From a virus (taxonomy: Duplodnaviria; Heunggongvirae; Uroviricota; Caudoviricetes): a stretch of DNA of 64,000 bases. The notes under the pieces are model-generated. The model did not search any database. It had not been told where the DNA came from and worked only from the letters and a program-made list of their open reading frames with translations. This document shows, piece after piece, positions 10,885-20,706 of this stretch (position 1 is its first letter; every line of letters starts with the position of its first letter). Where the stretch lies: IMG/VR virus record IMGVR_UViG_3300032167_002916. One strand, 5' to 3'. The position numbers and the translations under genes are program-made.

Positions 10885-11718
10885 TTATAGGTAGCGACGA
10901 TTCTGGAATTCGAATTCAATTCCGATTATATCGCCATAAATTGATATCTTATTCTCACCATCAAGCAGGCGAATGAAGTTCCGGTTCGAAAACTTTAAGT
11001 AATTATCCCCGGAAACATAGTTGATTCCTTCGCCTTTCATTGTTAGTGTTATATTCGGTGTTAATCCATCAAAAGATGTTGTCCGCGTTGAGTCATCCGT
11101 TAGATTGGAAATGATGATATCGCCACCAGTACTGCCGATAGAGATAACGACTTTCGGATACACATAATCTTTGCTATCTGTATCCACATTAACAGAGATG
11201 ACTGTATTGAACGTGTCACCAGCACTATCAAAGGTGTAAGAGTAACCCACAGGGTCTTGCCATGCCATTCTGCTATCACACTCAATAGTAAATTTGTAAC
11301 CGATGATACCGTTTGCGGATTCTATTTTTTCTGCATTTGTGAATCTGCAGCTTAGATACAGCTGCTTATACTCGCCGTTGATTACTTCGTAAGTATCCGA
11401 AGATACGTCACAGCACTCATCCACGTACAGCTTTCTGTAATCATGCTGGTGGAACAACCATTTTTCAATCTCTCTACGAGTCCATCTGTCCAGGCTGTGC
11501 TCATCTTCAGTAATTACCTCGGCGTCAAAAATAAGAGGTGAACTCTCAAAATCTTCACCGATAAAGTAATTCTTCTTTCCGCTTTTGTTATACACAGTCA
11601 CAGAAGAAGATTCACCGGCAAGGGAAGATAATCTGCTTGTATCTACGTTTGCAAAAATTAAACCGTATTGCTCAGATGCAACACCATTATAAATAAAATG
11701 ACTGCCCGAAAGTTCCAT
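10885..11718 (-). CDS. Distal tail protein (Dit-like, 277 aa)
   Basis: Conserved siphovirus gene order: tape measure - Dit - Tal. Confidence 0.5.
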   Translation of the reverse strand: MELSGSHFIYNGVASEQYGLIFANVDTSRLSSLAGESSSVTVYNKSGKKNYFIGEDFESSPLIFDAEVITEDEHSLDRWTRREIEKWLFHQHDYRKLYVDECCDVSSDTYEVINGEYKQLYLSCRFTNAEKIESANGIIGYKFTIECDSRMAWQDPVGYSYTFDSAGDTFNTVISVNVDTDSKDYVYPKVVISIGSTGGDIIISNLTDDSTRTTSFDGLTPNITLTMKGEGINYVSGDNYLKFSNRNFIRLLDGENKISIYGDIIGIEFEFQNRRYL

Positions 11719-11770
11719 TCGATCACCTCCTATATAGTTATGGCTCCCCTGTAATATGGGGAGCCATTGT

Positions 11771-14700
11771 TTATTTGTTCAAGCGTGTAAACTGCTTGAG
11801 GATATAGTCGATACCTTCACGTTGTGCTCTGCGGATCTCAGACACGGTCTGCTGATCGGCATTGCCCTGAATGATGATATCTCCAGTCGATAGCTGAATC
11901 GGCTGGGATTGTCTGCCAATGCTGGTCAGGTTCACTGCATTCAGCAAACTAGCAAACATATTAGACAGTGCGTTTCCTCTGTCCATAGCAAAGTCGTACA
12001 GGAATTTAGTAGCTTCTGTATTCAGAACCATTTCGCCACCAGAGAAGACACGGTACTTCGTGCCATCGCCAGAAGTGAACAGCCATTCTGCGCCCTTCTC
12101 ATCGACCTTCTTGACACCCGGCGCAGCACTACGAGTACCGGTCGCGTATCCCTCGGAAGAAGATGAACCAGGGGAGGCCACAAGGATGATGTCCTTATAT
12201 GCTCTTCCGAAAGTATCCAGGAAGTCATCCAGAGATGCCTTTGCTTCATCCCACATGGTCTTGACTGTCTCTGCGTTTCCGTCTCCGTACTTAGCGTTAT
12301 ACTCGACCATTTCAAGATACAATGCTTGAGTGTTGTTCTGAATATCCCGCAAAGCTTGGTTATACAGAGCCTCTGGATCGTTCAGCTGTGCTTCAATTGC
12401 TTCAATCTCTGCATCGATCTGAGCGGCCTGCTTCTCATAGATAGCATCCAACAGGTTCTGAGTGTTGTCCAGAGCCTGTTCCTTTTCAAAGTCGTCAAGA
12501 TCCTTTTGTGCAACAGAAAGTTCTTCCTGCAGTTCCAGCTTGCGCTTTTGCGCCCAAGCGGAATCATCAAACTTCAACTGGTCAAGCTCAGCTTCAATGT
12601 CAGTCTTAGCCTTACGCTTTTCATTTCTCTCTTCGAGAGTCTTTTCATCATCGTAAGCCCGCTGCAGTAAATCCTTCTGCTCGTCGTAGAAGTCCTTCAG
12701 TGCATCCTTTTTATCTTCCAGAGCATCCCGTTCATTCTCAAGATCCTGCTTTAGCATCTTGATACGATATTCAATCAGGTCTTCAACTGCGCCCTTCGCA
12801 TCATCGGTTGCGTCCTCACGGATGTCCGCAATCTCGTCTTCGTAGTCACGCTGTTGCTCTAAAAGCTCCTGAATATACTCATCGTTTTCGTCGAGACCTC
12901 TGGCTCTTGCTAGAGCAATTTCTGTCTTGATATCCTTTATCATGCCAAGGTACAGATTGATAATCTGACCCTCGGTTCCATCAAGACGCTCCAAACCAGC
13001 AATCTTAAACTCAAGATCGTTCAGATAATCTTGGAATAACTCTTTGCGGCCTTCATATACTTCTTCTTCGTACTTGTAATAGTCTTCGAGTTCGATTTCA
13101 CCATTACGGTACGCATCTTGGTATGCCTCTTCTAGCCAACGAAGATAATGCTCAAGATCCTCCTGCTCCATTGCAAGCAGGTGCTGATGATATTTGTATG
13201 CCTCTTCAAACGCATTCTTAGCATCTTCGGCAATATCGGATTCAGAATTGTTATTCTGATTATTGTGGTAGTTACCAGAACCTCCGTAGTTGCCGCCAGA
13301 ACTGCCATTTCCGTTGCCCCACATTCCAGTAATCGGAACAGAGCCAGAGACCATTGCAGTACCGGATACCATGGCATCTCCACGTCCAGCAACATAGCCG
13401 TATTTCAGCAGAGATTCACTCTGCTTGTGGTTAAAGATAATCGCATTCTTAGGGATGTCTACAAATTCAGCGCCCGTATCACCGACGGTATACCATCTAC
13501 CAGTATGCGGATCAACTACAATTTCTGTTCCTAGTTCACCAACTAGAGTTTCACCGCCAGGGGCGGTTCCCCAGTCACCACTTGCTCGCGCAGTACCAGT
13601 TAGATGCGCAGTGCCATTTACACCTTGGCTGCCTCCGTTACTCCAGTTCACAGTACCAGATGCAGTGAAATGAGTTCTTACGTTTGAAGTGTTATTTCCC
13701 CAATTGACTACACCTTGGGCGTACTTTGTAGCCGTTGAATAAGCATCAACTTCACTAGTATCATTTCCCCAAGTAACAGTACCTTCAGCGTCATGCTCGG
13801 CCTGTTGGAAGCCTATAACAGCACTTTCATCTACACCGGCCTTAACAATTACCTCTGCATCTAATGCGGCGATAGATTCCGAAATAGTTTGAATAGAAGT
13901 GGTATCAATCTGCAAAGCCATTGCAACATTCGGGTCTAACTCTTGAATTGCACTGGCTACAGATGCTAACTCCGCTTCTGCTGATGAGGTATCAATATCC
14001 AGAGCCTTGCTCATTTCAATCTGGCCTTGCAGAGAAATGAACTCCTGCATCAATGTAATAGCATTTCCTAGAGCACCCTCGACAACAGATGTATCAACCT
14101 TCATTACATCAGGAGCAGTCAATAGTTGCTTTTGAGCTAAACAATACTCGATAATCTGGTTAGCATATTCAATCTCAGACGAATCAACACCAGGCTTTAC
14201 CTTCAGATTCTGCATTTCTTCGATTGTTGCCTTAAGAGCATCAATCTTTTCGTCTTTATTCTCGATATCGCTAACATCAATGTTAAGCTTTAGAGTCTCA
14301 TTTCCTTCTATACCACGAAGTGCCTCAGCCGCTTCTGTAGCGGTAACAGCCAGATCGCCAATAGTCTTATTTGCTTCGTCAGCCCAGTCAAACTCTGCAC
14401 CGAACTCTTGCAACTCACCAAACATCGCTTGGACAAGCGGTAAGGATAGTTCAAGACCGTTGGCAAAATCTTCCATGGTTTTGCCGCCAGCAATTTCATA
14501 AGCAGTTCCGGCCTCATTAAGAACCATTAAGCCGGCATCAACAGCTTGCTGACAGAAATTCGCAATGTTCAATCCGGTACGATTTCCGTCGGAATCGTAG
14601 GTGAACATATCGCTTATACTTTCAAGATACGAATTAACAGCGGCAGTGTCTTCTGCGTCTACAGTATCTGGAATGATAAAGTCGATTGCTGCCTGGTAGT

Positions 14701-16639
14701 CAGATCTGCCGATTCTACCATACATATCAGACTCTGTATTATTCAGCGTATCATTGATATGCTGAATAGCGCTCAGTGCGCTATCGAACATATCTCCCGT
14801 CTGAGACGCACCTTGTGCATTCAACCAATGTTGATATGCGCTGGTCGCCTCTCTAAGAGATGCGCTCATCACATCGTACTGTGAACAGATCGTCTTGAGG
14901 GAATTATTTTCTGCTAATAGGGAATCTATATTAGCGTTTATTTCTGCCCGAAGGCCCTCTTCGTCGTCACCAAGCCCGGCAAGCTGTTCACGAAGACGTT
15001 TGATTTCTGCGGCATTTTCTAGATATTCAGACTGAGCGATTGCCTTAGCGGTATCGTTATGGGCAATCTGCTCTTCTGCTTTAGCCTTAATAAGCTCGTT
15101 TACCTTTTCTGCATTTAACTGTAAGGTTCCGTTATTGTACTCCAAAGCATCAGAGTAACCATTTAGAGCTGCTGCGTTAAAATCGTCAACAGAAATAGAC
15201 ATACCGGTTCCCTGAGAATCGAGCATTCCCTGAACATCGGTTATACTAGAAAGTAAATTCTTATTCGTCTCAGCGGCTTCCGCTGCAGAGGTTTTAATTT
15301 CCTCAAAAGTATGAGCGGCCTCTCTACGATACTTAATAACAGCCGCTGTAATCTCATCCCATGATGTAACACCTTGGTTGATGACTAGATCGTATACGTG
15401 CTCAAGTTCATCAGCAGACAAACTATTCAGAAGATTCTTGTATTCTTCTACCTTGTTTGTATACGCCTCAAGTGTGCGGAAGTGAGCCATTGTTCCTTCG
15501 TCATACTGTTCGTAGTCTTTTGGAACTAGAGGGATCAAAACATCTTGAATTTCTTTTGTTATTTCTTCCGCAGTTTTACCTGCAGTAGATTTTGCATTAT
15601 CAAAAGTAGCTTCATCAACCTCAATACCAAGCAGTACTTGAACTCTGCCAGCAGTATTCTCAAACCCAGATTTTACTGTTCCATCTGGATTCAGCAAATC
15701 TTTGTATAACTCTAGTATTTGAGTTTCTAGATCAGTTACTGTTTGCCCGAGGCTATCTCTGCGTTGCTCTAGTTGACTGATGTGTTTTTCATAAGCTTCA
15801 TATGCAGCTGTTCCAGGTTCAAACTCGGCAAGTTTATCATATGCACTAGATAGTGACTCTTCCACACCATGTAGCTCATCTTGATATGCCGCCGCCTCTT
15901 CGATAATATCTCTCCAACCGAATTCTGGGAGGAATAAACCAGTATCCGTATTAGTCGTACCACCGGTCGAGTATAGGGATTTTGCGGTCAACGCATCATT
16001 AGCTGCATTAGCTACAGCTCTGTCTTCATAAGTTGCTCGCTGCCGGAGAAGTTCAAGTTCTTTCTCCAACAAAGGTATCGAAGTTTCAAGCTTCTGAATT
16101 TCGGCTTCTTCAACATATGTTGGTGCCTCAATTGCACTAAGTTCCTCAAGTCGCTCTTTGCTAGTCGCTAACTCGCCTTCAAGAGACTGAATTTCTGACG
16201 TTGTTTGCTCAAATACAGATGAAAGTTCCTGATGCTTCTCAATGGCTCTCTCGTCTGCAGATGCGAGATACTCAAATGCTTTTGCGACTGCAAAAATACC
16301 AGCAACTGCGATGGTAGCCATACCAAATGGCGTCATAGCCCACGCTTTTGCCTGAGCAATTAAAGATGCAGTGATACTCTTAAGAGACACTGTCAATCCA
16401 CCATTTGCGGCAATTTGAGCGCTGGTCGACTTTAGCAGACCGGCTTCAGCAAGAATACGCTTTCTTTCTTCTCTTGTAACACCAGCCATCTGCAATGCAG
16501 TTGAAGCTTGTGCAACGTTCAATTTATTTGATGTAATAAATGCAACTTGCTGACTGGATGAAAGCTTTGCCATCGCTGATGCCAAACCGTTAATCACATA
16601 TTCAGACTTACTATCAGTAAATACAGATTTGAATGCCAA
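11771..16639 (-). CDS. Tape measure protein, C-terminal segment (1622 aa; apparent TTG start, no Shine-Dalgarno)
   Basis: Contains the hydrophobic MTPFGMATIAVAGIFAVAKAF segment, long coiled coils and Gly-rich tracts typical of tape measure proteins. There is an in-frame TAA only 4 codons upstream of the first TTG and no RBS, so independent translation is doubtful. Confidence 0.7.
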   Translation of the reverse strand: MAFKSVFTDSKSEYVINGLASAMAKLSSSQQVAFITSNKLNVAQASTALQMAGVTREERKRILAEAGLLKSTSAQIAANGGLTVSLKSITASLIAQAKAWAMTPFGMATIAVAGIFAVAKAFEYLASADERAIEKHQELSSVFEQTTSEIQSLEGELATSKERLEELSAIEAPTYVEEAEIQKLETSIPLLEKELELLRQRATYEDRAVANAANDALTAKSLYSTGGTTNTDTGLFLPEFGWRDIIEEAAAYQDELHGVEESLSSAYDKLAEFEPGTAAYEAYEKHISQLEQRRDSLGQTVTDLETQILELYKDLLNPDGTVKSGFENTAGRVQVLLGIEVDEATFDNAKSTAGKTAEEITKEIQDVLIPLVPKDYEQYDEGTMAHFRTLEAYTNKVEEYKNLLNSLSADELEHVYDLVINQGVTSWDEITAAVIKYRREAAHTFEEIKTSAAEAAETNKNLLSSITDVQGMLDSQGTGMSISVDDFNAAALNGYSDALEYNNGTLQLNAEKVNELIKAKAEEQIAHNDTAKAIAQSEYLENAAEIKRLREQLAGLGDDEEGLRAEINANIDSLLAENNSLKTICSQYDVMSASLREATSAYQHWLNAQGASQTGDMFDSALSAIQHINDTLNNTESDMYGRIGRSDYQAAIDFIIPDTVDAEDTAAVNSYLESISDMFTYDSDGNRTGLNIANFCQQAVDAGLMVLNEAGTAYEIAGGKTMEDFANGLELSLPLVQAMFGELQEFGAEFDWADEANKTIGDLAVTATEAAEALRGIEGNETLKLNIDVSDIENKDEKIDALKATIEEMQNLKVKPGVDSSEIEYANQIIEYCLAQKQLLTAPDVMKVDTSVVEGALGNAITLMQEFISLQGQIEMSKALDIDTSSAEAELASVASAIQELDPNVAMALQIDTTSIQTISESIAALDAEVIVKAGVDESAVIGFQQAEHDAEGTVTWGNDTSEVDAYSTATKYAQGVVNWGNNTSNVRTHFTASGTVNWSNGGSQGVNGTAHLTGTARASGDWGTAPGGETLVGELGTEIVVDPHTGRWYTVGDTGAEFVDIPKNAIIFNHKQSESLLKYGYVAGRGDAMVSGTAMVSGSVPITGMWGNGNGSSGGNYGGSGNYHNNQNNNSESDIAEDAKNAFEEAYKYHQHLLAMEQEDLEHYLRWLEEAYQDAYRNGEIELEDYYKYEEEVYEGRKELFQDYLNDLEFKIAGLERLDGTEGQIINLYLGMIKDIKTEIALARARGLDENDEYIQELLEQQRDYEDEIADIREDATDDAKGAVEDLIEYRIKMLKQDLENERDALEDKKDALKDFYDEQKDLLQRAYDDEKTLEERNEKRKAKTDIEAELDQLKFDDSAWAQKRKLELQEELSVAQKDLDDFEKEQALDNTQNLLDAIYEKQAAQIDAEIEAIEAQLNDPEALYNQALRDIQNNTQALYLEMVEYNAKYGDGNAETVKTMWDEAKASLDDFLDTFGRAYKDIILVASPGSSSSEGYATGTRSAAPGVKKVDEKGAEWLFTSGDGTKYRVFSGGEMVLNTEATKFLYDFAMDRGNALSNMFASLLNAVNLTSIGRQSQPIQLSTGDIIIQGNADQQTVSEIRRAQREGIDYILKQFTRLNK

Positions 16640-16664
16640 TCTAATATATTACTTACGGTGTATA

Positions 16665-16693
16665 TTGACCCAAGGGTTTACGTTTGATATACT
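16665..16693 (+). promoter_or_regulatory. Sigma70-type promoter TTGACC-17-TGaTATACT for the Zn-ribbon gene
   Basis: -35 at 16665-16670, 17-nt spacer, extended -10 at 16685-16693; 18 bp upstream of the GAGGTGA Shine-Dalgarno and GTG start. Confidence 0.55.
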
Positions 16694-16710
16694 AATAGTG
16701 AGGTGATATT

Positions 16711-17289
16711 GTGAGTAACACAAAAAAGTGCCATAAATGCAACAGCGAGTATTCAAAGAAGCTTTTATTCTGCACAAATTGTGGCACGATAGACAGAGAT
16801 AGAGCTTTACAGATTTTGAGTTTAGAAAATAAAGCAAGAGGTCACAAGGAGATCGGAGTTAGATGCATTAAATGTGGATCGATATTCCCAAACAACCAAG
16901 GGAAATGCCCATACTGCGGTATTGCTGCCAATCATGAGTCGACAAAATCAATCGCCTCTCTTACAAATGAGGCCATTGAAAAGATGAACACTCCGATCAA
17001 GAGCCACTTTTCCGGGAATAAGCTTAATGCCAAAAGCGCAAAAACTCCGACCACACAGTATCAAATGATTCCTTGTAAAGTATGTGGCAAAAAACTATCA
17101 GCAAAAGCAGAAACATGTCCAGGTTGCGGAAATCCTACAGGCGTTCATGTTTGTCCTAAGTGTGGAAGTGCAAACACTAAAGCAATTTCGGGCGCAAGTA
17201 AGGCCACGTCTGTTCTTCTGTGGGGGCCATTCGCCGCCAATAAGGTTATTTCTCAATTCCAGTGCAAGGATTGTTGGCATAAGTTTTAA
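16711..17289 (+). CDS. Protein with four CxxC...CxxC zinc-ribbon modules (192 aa), opposite strand to the surrounding tail genes
   Basis: GTG start with a GAGGTGA SD; motifs CHKCNSEY..CTNCG, CIKCGS..CPYCG, CKVCGK..CPGCGN and CPKCGS. The gene has its own promoter and downstream terminator. Confidence 0.55.
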   Translation: MSNTKKCHKCNSEYSKKLLFCTNCGTIDRDRALQILSLENKARGHKEIGVRCIKCGSIFPNNQGKCPYCGIAANHESTKSIASLTNEAIEKMNTPIKSHFSGNKLNAKSAKTPTTQYQMIPCKVCGKKLSAKAETCPGCGNPTGVHVCPKCGSANTKAISGASKATSVLLWGPFAANKVISQFQCKDCWHKF

Positions 17290-17683
17290 TCTATCTAATA
17301 ACTCTGACAACCACACAGACTGCGTTGATTGACATTTTCTCTGATTGGGATTATAATACTCATTGACCTGACGACCCAGACCGTCGTCGAGGCAAGACTT
17401 CAAAAAGGAGGCCAGTTATGTTAGGTAAACTTTTGAACTTGCCTGTCTCTGAGGTAACACCAATGCGAGGGCAAGGCGAATAATTTCGTGCCTGCGGAAC
17501 CCACCCGCTAAAGTGCGGTTGCCTTGAGTAAGAAAGGATAGACGCATCCCATCCGATGATAGTGCGGTAGCAAAGTGCGCACGTCCTGCTAAGGAATAAA
17601 AGGAGAAAGGGTCGACAGGGTAGCAACTGAAGACCGCCAAACACTATCGTTGCTGCAAGGTTCAGAGAAAACAAATATGGGCG

Positions 17684-17724
17684 AAGAACTGCTGAGAAGA
17701 TGCGCTCGGCAGTTCTTTTGTTTA
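17684..17724 (+). terminator. Intrinsic terminator (GAAGAACTGCTGAG / CTCGGCAGTTCTT stem plus T-run)
   Basis: 13-bp stem followed by TTTTGTTT. Confidence 0.55.
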
Positions 17725-18181
17725 TGTGGCTGTCAGAGTTATTAGAATGTATCCACGCATAACGGTGATAAGCCGCCGTAATTTCAGATAGGGGAGATAT
17801 GCGTTTCTTCCCAATAAGTAACCGATCTGCTCGGATTAGATTAGAGTACACCTTCACGATATCCAAATATAGAGACCGCGTGGCTATGATACTCGTTGAC
17901 CACTCCTGTCAGAGACAGGTCAGGTGCGGATTATCCCATTTTCAATCTTTTTACTATACCAACTCGCTTTCACGGTTGCCACTATAATGTCACCACCATA
18001 GTTTAGTAATTGAAAATTATGAGAAGTTCCCGTCCTTACTTATTAAAAGGAGTACGTTTCTTACACGTACCATTTACAGGGGTAGTCCCCCCCCAAGCCA
18101 TTTGCTTCATATCGCCTTACTGGATGTCCAGCTCGTTCAATGTTACCATCACGATATGGCGGGCGTATTCAAATAGGAGCG

Positions 18182-20077
18182 TCATTTTGCCCCACCCGCG
18201 AAATTATTTATTGTAGTATATAGTGCTTCGAACTTTAGTTTAATTGGCTCAATTTGTAATGCTGCGATGAACGCCGGTATCGTACCCAACGCAAGACCCA
18301 AAGAACCAACAGAGTCGATTACCCAATTTATCGCCTCAATGAAGCCACGACCGAAGTCAACAATTCCCTTTACAACATTACCGTTAACGATAGTTGCAGA
18401 CAGTGCTTGCCAAGATGCCTGGAACTGAGAAATCTTTCCTTCGATAGAGTCAAGATACTTTTCGTTTTCTGCAAGAGCAGAACCTGCAGCACTTGCGGAG
18501 GTTTTCTGTGCATCTTCTGCTATAGAGAAGTTCTCCATCAGTGCAGAGACAACGTTACTGTTACGTTTGCCGCCAATCAGCTCAAGAATGTTTGCCTGAG
18601 AAACGTCGGTCAAAGTATCCCAAACCTGTGACAACTCTTTCAAAATCTGATAGGTAGATTTGAAAGTGTCTTCATCAATTTGGATATCAACTTTTTGTCC
18701 AGTAAGATCCAGTATTTCTTGACGTAGTTCTGAAACACTGTTTGCCATTCCCTCTGTACTTTCGCCCGCTTCCTCGGCTTCCGTTTTAGCGGCACGTAAG
18801 AACATTGACACAGTTTTCAATGTAGTACCAACAGAATCGGGATTTTGCACGATCGTGTTGGCCGCAGTAATCAGAGCAATCGTTTCATCAAGAGTATTGC
18901 CAGCTGCATTCATCGCAGCTGCAGACTTCTGCAATGCTTCACCAATACCAGTGGAAGAAATTGCGAAATTATTACCTACAGCATTGAACTTATCTACGAT
19001 AGACATAACGTTGGATGTTTCGATACCAAACGCCTGCATAGTAGAAATAATACTCTCGGATGCCTGTGTTACACTCTCAATACCGTCGCCGACATTTTTG
19101 TATATCAGTGCGGCATCAGCAATGTTGGATGCTTCACTAACGTTATATCCAAGTCGAGCGAAATCGGCGGTCGCTGTCACGACATCACTTAGAGTAGCAC
19201 CAACATTTTTAGCTCGCACAACGGCATTGTCTAGGAATTTACTGTAAGTTGCCTCAGTTTCATTGGTGACCTTTCTCAACTCTGTCATAGCTGTATCTAG
19301 ATCAATAACGCCCTTGATCATTTGTTTTACCGACTCAACGGCAAACATAATCATCTGAGAAACACCAAACCATTGGGTAAACTTAGATGCAAGCTTTCCA
19401 AAATGAGCACCTAGTGTTTGCGTGTTTTCTCCGGCACCTTTAATATTACTAGATAGAACATCGAACTCGCCAGACAAATTAGTTACGCTGTTTCTGAATC
19501 CATCAACGTTAATTTTGCCATTGTTAAAATCATCGATTAGATTCTGCATAACAAGAATATTATCTTTTATCTTGTTATAGGATGCCTGAGAGCTTCCAGT
19601 GGCAGCCTTTGTCCAATTGGCTTCGGCATTTTGCATTTTTGCAAGCAATGAGTTTGCCTGCTTCAGAACAGTAACCTTTTCTCTCGCCGCTTTTATTGCT
19701 TTTTTAGCAGCAGCCTCCTGCTTTTTCTCAGCAGTTTCTGCGCTGTTGCCCATCTGCTTTGCAGCAGCAGATGCTTCTTTGGCGGCATCAGATATCTTCT
19801 TAATTGATTTCGCTGCATTTTCAGCCTGAGTGTTAATTTCACCCACACCATCAATTTTTAGTGATAGCTGTGAACCATTTGATAGTGAAAGTCCATTAAC
19901 TATTTTGGAGAGCTGTGAGCGAAAGTTGCTCAGCGCTTTGGCGCTGACCTCAACGCCAACTTCTACTTTCGGGGGATCTCTATTTATTTGAGTTACCAGG
20001 CTGTTTATGCCTTCTCTAAATTTTGATACATCTGCAGTGCCGGTTTGTACACCCACCGACAGCAAAATATCAGCCAT
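18182..20077 (-). CDS. Tape measure protein, N-terminal segment with a TP901-type core region (631 aa)
   Basis: VGATLSDVVTATADFARLGYNVSEASNIADAALIYKNVGDG matches the tape measure core region; AAGGTGGTGAAG SD precedes the ATG. Confidence 0.7.
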   Translation of the reverse strand: MADILLSVGVQTGTADVSKFREGINSLVTQINRDPPKVEVGVEVSAKALSNFRSQLSKIVNGLSLSNGSQLSLKIDGVGEINTQAENAAKSIKKISDAAKEASAAAKQMGNSAETAEKKQEAAAKKAIKAAREKVTVLKQANSLLAKMQNAEANWTKAATGSSQASYNKIKDNILVMQNLIDDFNNGKINVDGFRNSVTNLSGEFDVLSSNIKGAGENTQTLGAHFGKLASKFTQWFGVSQMIMFAVESVKQMIKGVIDLDTAMTELRKVTNETEATYSKFLDNAVVRAKNVGATLSDVVTATADFARLGYNVSEASNIADAALIYKNVGDGIESVTQASESIISTMQAFGIETSNVMSIVDKFNAVGNNFAISSTGIGEALQKSAAAMNAAGNTLDETIALITAANTIVQNPDSVGTTLKTVSMFLRAAKTEAEEAGESTEGMANSVSELRQEILDLTGQKVDIQIDEDTFKSTYQILKELSQVWDTLTDVSQANILELIGGKRNSNVVSALMENFSIAEDAQKTSASAAGSALAENEKYLDSIEGKISQFQASWQALSATIVNGNVVKGIVDFGRGFIEAINWVIDSVGSLGLALGTIPAFIAALQIEPIKLKFEALYTTINNFAGGAK

Positions 20078-20100
20078 ATCTTCACCACCTTATTAAAGAA

Positions 20101-20125
20101 AGGGCTTGGCGCAAAGCCAAGCCCT
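20101..20125. terminator. Perfect 9-bp hairpin (GGGCTTGGC gcaaa GCCAAGCCC) flanked by T-rich runs on both strands
   Basis: Lies between the chaperone-region gene and the tape measure N-segment start. Confidence 0.4.
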
Positions 20126-20133
20126 AAAACTTT

Positions 20134-20706
20134 TTATTCTTCATATACAGGATCAAGCGTTACATAAACGTCGTAAACAGCACCATATGTGCTATTAAAT
20201 TCGTTTACAGCTGCCTGCATGAAGTGTAATCCTTCTCGTGAACCACGAGCATGGACATATTCACCGTGCCAAAAACCAGACACTTGAGATATCGCCTCAG
20301 AACGACCTGCGCTCTGTGGATAACCATTATTAAAAATGGCTATAATGTTTTTTGCTCCACCATAGTCATATGGTTGCAGTGACGCCCTGGTTAAGTCATC
20401 CGCAAATGAAATCTCAATTTGATAAGAACCATCGGCCAATTTTTTTGGCGGTGTACTTTTCAAAGAACTAAAATGATCCGCTACCGAAGACGGCAGTCCA
20501 GCGGCAGACTTAGCTAAGATACGAATCAAAATGTCCGCCATTTCTTTCATCCTGCCTAGCGTGAGGACGCTATCACCAGCTTGCGTTGTCTTAACGCCAG
20601 TCTGAATGTATTTGTCAATTGTTGCTTTCATTCTTTTCTGTCCGGCATCGGAGTTCTCCCACGCCTTGACTTTGTTAAGAATAGAGCCCATATTAACCGT
20701 TGCCAT
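20134..20706 (-). CDS. Hypothetical tail-assembly-region protein (190 aa)
   Basis: ORF trimmed to MATVNMGS, which has an AGAAGG SD; overlaps the upstream stop by 4 codons. Confidence 0.45.
   Translation of the reverse strand: MATVNMGSILNKVKAWENSDAGQKRMKATIDKYIQTGVKTTQAGDSVLTLGRMKEMADILIRILAKSAAGLPSSVADHFSSLKSTPPKKLADGSYQIEISFADDLTRASLQPYDYGGAKNIIAIFNNGYPQSAGRSEAISQVSGFWHGEYVHARGSREGLHFMQAAVNEFNSTYGAVYDVYVTLDPVYEE

Noticed and set aside
17360-17866. 168-aa minus-strand ORF inside the tape measure gap (possible intron-encoded protein)
   Set aside because: No LAGLIDADG, GIY-YIG, HNH or reverse-transcriptase motifs. Leu/Ser/Arg/Pro-rich junk composition. Overlaps the plus-strand leader and terminator.
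16640-18181. Group I or group II intron in the tape measure gene
   Set aside because: Not rejected outright. I could not find P/Q/R/S group I elements or a domain V (GAGC...GAAA...GUUC type) by eye, so it is not called as a feature. Kept as a hypothesis under findings.
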